Assembly (NCBI GenBank): GCA_043810925.1
Contig: JBDRNT010000069.1
Coordinates: forward strand, 83,273 to 147,272
Source of the DNA: Candidatus Eiseniibacteriota bacterium
GTDB lineage: Bacteria > Arandabacterota > Arandabacteria > Arandabacterales > Arandabacteraceae
Reading direction: 5' to 3'
DNA: 64,000 nt
Both the position numbers and the translations under genes were made by a program. Below, piece by piece: positions 58,680 through 64,000 of this stretch. The notes below the pieces were generated by a model. The model had not been told where the DNA came from. It saw only the letters and a list, made by a program, of their open reading frames with translations, and did not search any database. The stretch's first letter is position 1, and the number at the start of each line of letters is the position of its first letter.

Positions 58680-59631
58680 ATCTCTCTACCACCCTGATCT
58701 TTGCACTTCGCGCCGAGGAGTTACTTCTAATCTCCCCGGCGGTCGGTGGGATCGGCTTGGGGGTCAAGATCTTAAACAATGGGGCCCTCCCGCAGTCACA
58801 CACAATGCGTCCCGGAGGGCAAACACACTTTCCGGCGTATTTCTTAAACGACGTTTTCACTATCCTGTCTTCCAGAGAATGATAGGAGATCACGCACGCA
58901 CGGCCACCGGCCGAAAGCAAACCTGGAAGCACGTCCAGCGCCTCCGCCAGGCTCTCGAGCTCGCCGGTGAGGTATGACCTGACAGCAAGAAACACCCGGG
59001 CGAGCGATTTCGCCGCCCTGTTCCTGACGACCGACTTGATCGCCCCTGCAAGGTCACCTGTGGTCTTGAGCTGGCCGGCGTCCCTCATCCTGATTATCGC
59101 CCTGGCAATCCTGCCGGCCCTGGCTCCCTCACCGAACCGGACGATAAGCCCTCTCAGCTCCACGAAACCTATTTCGTCAAGCACTCTCGCCGCGGTCTTA
59201 CCTCTACTCGCATCGAACCTCATGTCAAGTGGAGCGTCGGTATCGAAACTGAAACCCCTCTCTGATGTGACGATCTGAAGCCTTGATATCCCGCAGTCTA
59301 TGAGCAGGGCATCCACCTTCCCGTGTAAGCTCGAAGGCAGGCCGCTTTTTAAGTCTCTGAAGTTCATCTGCTTGAGTACCACCCTCTCGCCGAAATGTGA
59401 CAGCCGCTCTGATGCGATCGCGAGCGCATCACCATCAAGGTCGATCCCGATGAGAATGCAGTCGTCCGGTGAGGCCTTGAGCAATGTTTCAGCATGACCA
59501 CCTGTCCCGACCGTGCAATCTACGATCACCTTCGTCGCATCCGTTATGAGATACTCTCGAACCTCGTTCACCATCACAGGTAAGTGCCACTTTTCGTGCT
59601 CCTGCATTGAGTTACCAGCGTTACCATTCAC
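58666..59631 (-). CDS. rsmH: 16S rRNA C1402 N4-methyltransferase
   Basis: HLPVM, DCTVGTGGH, RGFSF..DAPLDMRF, ISYHSLEDRIVK, ARSAKIR. Confidence 0.96.
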   Translation of the reverse strand: MNGNAGNSMQEHEKWHLPVMVNEVREYLITDATKVIVDCTVGTGGHAETLLKASPDDCILIGIDLDGDALAIASERLSHFGERVVLKQMNFRDLKSGLPSSLHGKVDALLIDCGISRLQIVTSERGFSFDTDAPLDMRFDASRGKTAARVLDEIGFVELRGLIVRFGEGARAGRIARAIIRMRDAGQLKTTGDLAGAIKSVVRNRAAKSLARVFLAVRSYLTGELESLAEALDVLPGLLSAGGRACVISYHSLEDRIVKTSFKKYAGKCVCPPGRIVCDCGRAPLFKILTPKPIPPTAGEIRSNSSARSAKIRVVERCDNG

Positions 59632-60100
59632 CTTCCGGACGACGGAGCCGCTCTTCTCTTAACTGGGTTTCAAGTTCCTCAAGAGCATCTTCAAGGGGGA
59701 TCTGCTGCGCATCTATGTAAGCCTTGTGCGCATCGGGAGCCCAGAACTCGAGATGATCGAGTTGTCCCAGGATAAGAACGTTTCTTGAGATCCCGACACT
59801 CCGCAGCAGATCGGGCGGTATAAGAATCCTGTGGTGCGAATCCATCTTGCACCGTTTGGCATTTCCGAGAATCAGCCTCTTGTAATAGCGACCGAGTCGC
59901 TTGTTGGGGATCGACCTCAACACTCTGACGCGTCTGGCCCATTCATCGAGTGGATAACCTTCGAGGCATCCTTCGGGTCCCCTGGAGACGATGAAAGTCT
60001 TCTCGGCCGAGGCTGCAAGACCCTCTCTCAAGGGAGCAGGAATACTGAATCTTCCCTTTGCATCGACCGTGAACTCGAAGGTGTCAATGAAACTCGACAA
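59621..60100 (-). CDS. mraZ: Division/cell wall cluster transcriptional regulator MraZ
   Basis: VDAKGRFSIPA, MDSHHRILIP, LGQLDHLEFW; first gene of the dcw cluster. Confidence 0.93.
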   Translation of the reverse strand: MSSFIDTFEFTVDAKGRFSIPAPLREGLAASAEKTFIVSRGPEGCLEGYPLDEWARRVRVLRSIPNKRLGRYYKRLILGNAKRCKMDSHHRILIPPDLLRSVGISRNVLILGQLDHLEFWAPDAHKAYIDAQQIPLEDALEELETQLREERLRRPEGEW

Positions 60101-60121
60101 TGCCGCTTCACTCCTCTCTCA

Positions 60122-60146
60122 TCCCATTTTGTCCCATCTCATCCCA
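60122..60146 (-). promoter_or_regulatory. MraZ-binding direct repeats
   Basis: TGGGA three times at 10-bp spacing (60146-60142, 60136-60132, 60126-60122), between the promoter and the ribosome-binding site. Confidence 0.8.
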
Positions 60147-60158
60147 CTATGGTATGGA

Positions 60159-60188
60159 AATGTACCAGTGATCGGGGGGGGGTGTCAA
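60159..60188 (-). promoter_or_regulatory. Sigma70-type dcw promoter
   Basis: TTGACA-18 nt-TACATT with extended TG; the spacer begins with a run of 9 C. Confidence 0.65.
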
Positions 60189-60259
60189 GCTATTTTTCGC
60201 AGCTAAAGTTGAAAGATTGCAGAATTTGCTAACTTATTGCAATAAAACAAAATACGGCA

Positions 60260-60793
60260 TCATCCGGTGAACGGGCGCTCCCCTATTTTTCGGGCCGGAA
60301 CACCTGCCACGATAGAGTACGGTTCCACGTCCCGCGTGACAACAGCACCGGCACCCACAATCGCTCCCTTCCCCACCGTCACACCGGGCAAGATCACCGC
60401 GCCGATTCCGATGTCACAATCGTCCTCAATCCTGACACGGGCAAACTCAAGATCGCATAGAAGTACGGGTACGTCCCTTCCCTCCTCCGCGTGCTCGGAC
60501 GACATCATCTTGACATAGGGTCCGATTCCGACACGGGATCCTATCTCCACACCACCCGCGCTGTTTATGTAGCAGAACTGTCCTATCCAGGTGTCGTTCC
60601 CTATGACCAGGTGGTTGGCGTCATAGCCCCTGAGTATTGCGTAGTGACCTATGTAGACATTGGAGCCTATCTTCACACGCTCGGGTTTGAGGATCAGCGC
60701 ACCGCGTTCTATGACCACGTTGTCGCCGATGGCGGCGAGTTCCTCACGCCGGAACTCACCGCTTCCGTAGGACGTCGCTTTGAATTCGCGCAA
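60260..60793 (-). CDS. Hexapeptide-repeat (left-handed beta-helix) acyltransferase
   Basis: [50 protein letters not shown]...VAGVPA. Confidence 0.92.
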   Translation of the reverse strand: MREFKATSYGSGEFRREELAAIGDNVVIERGALILKPERVKIGSNVYIGHYAILRGYDANHLVIGNDTWIGQFCYINSAGGVEIGSRVGIGPYVKMMSSEHAEEGRDVPVLLCDLEFARVRIEDDCDIGIGAVILPGVTVGKGAIVGAGAVVTRDVEPYSIVAGVPARKIGERPFTG

Positions 60794-60796
60794 CTA

Positions 60797-63700
60797 TCAC
60801 CTCACAAGGACGATCTTTCTGCTCTTGCTCTGGTGGCTGCGCGAAACCTTGATGAAGTATATGCCGCTCGAGACTCGCGTGTTGTACTCATCCTGACCTT
60901 CCCACCTGAACTCATGGAAACCGGGATTGAGCCCACCGTCATGCACCTGCTTCACAAGTCTACCGCGGACGTCATAAATGTCAACACTGACTTTGGGAGA
61001 TCCCTCAGTCGAAGGTATTCCCAGTCTGATACTCACTGCCGAGCGCGCGGGGCTCGGATAACCGAAGAGTACGAGTTCACGCGGAATCAAATCAGTCCTG
61101 GGTGGTTCGGTACCTGCTCTTGACGGGCCGTCATAGAGACAGCTGTTGTAAAGGTCATGATAGATCTTAGGCCACTCCATGGTGTCCTCTGAGTACGGCG
61201 CACTGATATCATAGGCATGGACCATTCCATCATAGCCGCCGATCACAACCTCGACATCGCCGTCATTGTCCACATCTCCGATGGAACCTGTGGCGTAGAA
61301 CTCGTAGATCACATTGCGCGGCCAGCCGCGTACCGTCGTACCGTCCTTATGCCAGGCGTATATGCTGCCATCGACCGAGCCGATAACGATATCGGCTTCG
61401 CCGTCGCCGTCGATGTCACCGACAACCGCCGATGAGAAGAAATCGCCCGCGATGCGCTGGGGCCAGCCGGGTCTTACGCTACCCATGTCGTCAATCACAT
61501 AGACACTGGCGCTGTCATCAAAGTCACCTCTGAACGTGCCGACGATGATGTCGAGCTTCTCATCACCGTCGAGATCAGCAAGCGCAGGAGAGCAGTACAT
61601 CCCGCAGTCCAGCAGCTCGGGGAAACCGGAACGCCTCACACCCACGTTGGTCCAGGCATCCACCTTGCCCGAGTAAATCCCGGTGGCGACGACGTCCAGA
61701 ATCCCGTTGTTATCGAGATCACCGATCGCCAGGGAGCCATATGTGGCCGGACTGTCCGCGAAGTGACCGGTCGTGTCGAGATAACCCGTCCCGTCATGGT
61801 GCCATGCCCAGATGTTGCCGTTAAGTGAGGCGACCACGATTTCGACATCGCCGTCGTTGTCGAGATCCGCCATCGCCGGTGTCCCGCTGATATTGTGGCC
61901 TGCACCCTCGATTCCGGCAAAAAGCCCGTTAGGCTGGAGGAAGCCGGTGCCGTCGGCGTGCCAGGCGTAGATATCACCGTAGCTGTTGGCCGCGACGATT
62001 TCAAGATCGAGGTCGTCGTCAAGGTCGTCTATCGCTACCCCGCCTCTGATCACGCCTCCGGTCGGTCTGAAGTACCCGTCACTCAACCTGACACCGGTTC
62101 CGTCATGATTCCAGGCCCAGACGTTTCCGTCTTCGGTCCCGACAACGATCTCGAGTTCGGGATCACCGTCGAGATTGGCCACAGACGGCGTGGACCAGAC
62201 CTCAGTGCCGGTCGGCTTCGGCCACCCGGCGGCTTCTGTGCCGTCATGGTGCCAGACATAGATGTTACCATTTTTCGAACCCATGATTATCTCTAGATCA
62301 CCATCGTTGTCTATGTCGGCAAGCACCGTGGACGACGGGATCACGTTGGTGGTCCTGATCGGCCACCCGGTGAGACGAGGAGGTCCCGTCCAGACCTCGA
62401 GGGTCTCCGACGGCGCACTCGTGTTGCCCATCGAATCACGGGCACTTACGTAGTAGTAATACGACTCCTCATGAAGCAAGCCGTCATCCACATAACGTGA
62501 GTAGCCGTCCACCATGCCGATCATGGAATAACTGCCGGCCAACTCATCACTGCGGTATACGTCATAGCCATAAAGCAGACTGTCGCCGCTCGCATCCCAA
62601 CTCAACTCAACAGTCTCCTTCAACAAACGGTGACGCAACATGCTTATGCCAGATACCGTACGTACCTCCAACGTGTCAAACCACGTACGACCATAACCGT
62701 CAAACATGTACAACTCATACACCACAGCACCACCCAACTCACGCGCCTTGTAACCATCTCCCTCAACGTAAACCCCACTTAATATCTCACCATAGACACT
62801 CACGCTGTCGGTTACCTCTACCCCGCTCAACCCGCGAAGACGACCCTCTACACCGGCCAGACCTCCGCTGCCGGAATTACGCAAACCGTAAACCACTCCA
62901 ACCGTGTCGCCGCCAAGTGCCGTGAACTCTATACGCTCTCCGACCACCTCACCATCATGTACAAGCAACCTGAACCAATCACGCCAACTCCCTACACCAC
63001 CATCAATTATCGATGCCTCAAACCAGATGCCCAACTCATCACCCACCCCACCACCACCGAAGCCCACGTCATACCAGCCGACCACCTCGCTACCACCAAC
63101 ACTCCCATAATCAACATGGCTCACATAGACATCCACACCAGCACTGTCACCAACCACAAGGTCCAGCCCATCCTCGAGATCACCACCGCCAAGAAGACCC
63201 TCAAATACAACCATCGATCCCTCTAAACCCACTACGTCACTACTCTCTATGTCATAGCCGCTGTAACCTAAAAGACCACCAAAGACGCTCAGACTGCACG
63301 CATAACTGTGAGGCTCTTTGTCACTCAAGAAACGTACATGCCAGCCCATGCCATCCAACCATAGCCAGCAACCAAGAGCATGGCCCACCTCACCAAGACC
63401 ACGCCCCAACACCCCCTCACTCACACTCAAACCAAAAGGCATGCTACCAGGATTCACTCCGGCGCGGCCGACGTATATCAGACTGTCACTGTGGATACTG
63501 TCATCAAGCGCTATGCTCACATACAAACTGCAGCCGCTCACCACACTCAAGTCACAACTCACACCACTCAACGTACCGATACCACCGTTAACCAAACCCA
63601 CGCCAAGACCCACTCGCTCTCCCCAACCCGCCTCTCCATCACCATTGCCTACCCAGCCACCTCCATCATCTACAGCGATGCTGCTCACATAACAACGTCC

Positions 63701-64000
63701 ACCAGCTCCCTGAACCTCCACGCTGTCCTCATAAACAAAGCAGTCCTTACCATTGACAATAAGATCCACCCAACCAAGACCCTTGGGTCGGTAGTTGACC
63801 GTCGCAAGACCGTCGGAACCCGTTACACCTACTCCATACTCACCACGATCACCAACCAAAACCACCACCGCACCATCTACAGGCATACCACCATCCTGAA
63901 CGTCAACTACATAAACACTGTCGCTTAACTGCATCGTACCGGAATCGATCACATCAAGCGCCACAGGCTCACCCGTCCACAAACGGACTACAGGATCGCC
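60797..64000 (-). CDS. Secreted multidomain protein, 3' part: end of a C25 peptidase domain, Ig-like and FN3 domains, FG-GAP repeats, FlgD-Ig/T9SS CTD
   Basis: Frame is open to the window edge, reading GDPVVRLWTGEP (typical end of a C25 domain). FN3 motif LSWDAS...GYDVYRS...YYYYVSARD; DIDNDGDLEI repeats; C-terminal YPSP...IYDVRGRLVK...SGIYFIKV...KIVLVR. Confidence 0.85.
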   Translation of the reverse strand, partial: GDPVVRLWTGEPVALDVIDSGTMQLSDSVYVVDVQDGGMPVDGAVVVLVGDRGEYGVGVTGSDGLATVNYRPKGLGWVDLIVNGKDCFVYEDSVEVQGAGGRCYVSSIAVDDGGGWVGNGDGEAGWGERVGLGVGLVNGGIGTLSGVSCDLSVVSGCSLYVSIALDDSIHSDSLIYVGRAGVNPGSMPFGLSVSEGVLGRGLGEVGHALGCWLWLDGMGWHVRFLSDKEPHSYACSLSVFGGLLGYSGYDIESSDVVGLEGSMVVFEGLLGGGDLEDGLDLVVGDSAGVDVYVSHVDYGSVGGSEVVGWYDVGFGGGGVGDELGIWFEASIIDGGVGSWRDWFRLLVHDGEVVGERIEFTALGGDTVGVVYGLRNSGSGGLAGVEGRLRGLSGVEVTDSVSVYGEILSGVYVEGDGYKARELGGAVVYELYMFDGYGRTWFDTLEVRTVSGISMLRHRLLKETVELSWDASGDSLLYGYDVYRSDELAGSYSMIGMVDGYSRYVDDGLLHEESYYYYVSARDSMGNTSAPSETLEVWTGPPRLTGWPIRTTNVIPSSTVLADIDNDGDLEIIMGSKNGNIYVWHHDGTEAAGWPKPTGTEVWSTPSVANLDGDPELEIVVGTEDGNVWAWNHDGTGVRLSDGYFRPTGGVIRGGVAIDDLDDDLDLEIVAANSYGDIYAWHADGTGFLQPNGLFAGIEGAGHNISGTPAMADLDNDGDVEIVVASLNGNIWAWHHDGTGYLDTTGHFADSPATYGSLAIGDLDNNGILDVVATGIYSGKVDAWTNVGVRRSGFPELLDCGMYCSPALADLDGDEKLDIIVGTFRGDFDDSASVYVIDDMGSVRPGWPQRIAGDFFSSAVVGDIDGDGEADIVIGSVDGSIYAWHKDGTTVRGWPRNVIYEFYATGSIGDVDNDGDVEVVIGGYDGMVHAYDISAPYSEDTMEWPKIYHDLYNSCLYDGPSRAGTEPPRTDLIPRELVLFGYPSPARSAVSIRLGIPSTEGSPKVSVDIYDVRGRLVKQVHDGGLNPGFHEFRWEGQDEYNTRVSSGIYFIKVSRSHQSKSRKIVLVR

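Noticed and set aside
60260..60793. Stand-alone acyltransferase as the missing GlmU acetyltransferase half
   Set aside because: It resembles generic maltose/sugar O-acetyltransferase-type proteins, shows no GlmU C-domain motifs I can recognise, and lies 32 kb from the fusion.
62497..63928. His/Thr/Pro-rich plus-strand ORFs
   Set aside because: Artefacts of the C+A-rich plus strand opposite the real gene.
62580..64000. Classical diversity-generating retroelement target
   Set aside because: No reverse transcriptase or template/variable repeat pair in the window, the tract is much longer than a typical variable repeat, and C is depleted as well as A. Cannot be excluded beyond the window edge.

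Overview
High-GC bacterial chromosomal segment with nearly every gene on the minus strand; only a SurA/PpiD-type chaperone and rpmB are on plus. PorU, PorV, C25 proteins and C-terminal sorting domains point to an FCB-group organism, probably a non-Bacteroidota lineage such as Eisenbacteria, Krumholzibacteriota or Latescibacterota (inference). In transcription order (right to left) it holds: a partial C25/FG-GAP secreted protein, an acyltransferase, a dcw cluster (mraZ to ftsZ, no ddl) followed by TPR and radical SAM genes, rpmB, an SGNH hydrolase, tag, a disrupted peptidase/DOMON gene, recG, an nfeD-slipin-folate/pantothenate-tatA operon, surA/ppiD, an M23 peptidase, dnaE, accA, and a ~15 kb T9SS-like operon. 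I found no rRNA, tRNA, CRISPR array or transposase. Most notable: (1) the compact T9SS-like operon with a half-size SprA-like protein and a POTRA protein; (2) an abrupt G+T coding-strand skew inside the last gene; (3) a ~70-bp hairpin repeat family at 3 of the 4 strand-switch junctions; (4) an in-frame PanC-GlmU(uridyltransferase) fusion. All family calls come from motif recognition by eye; no database search was run.
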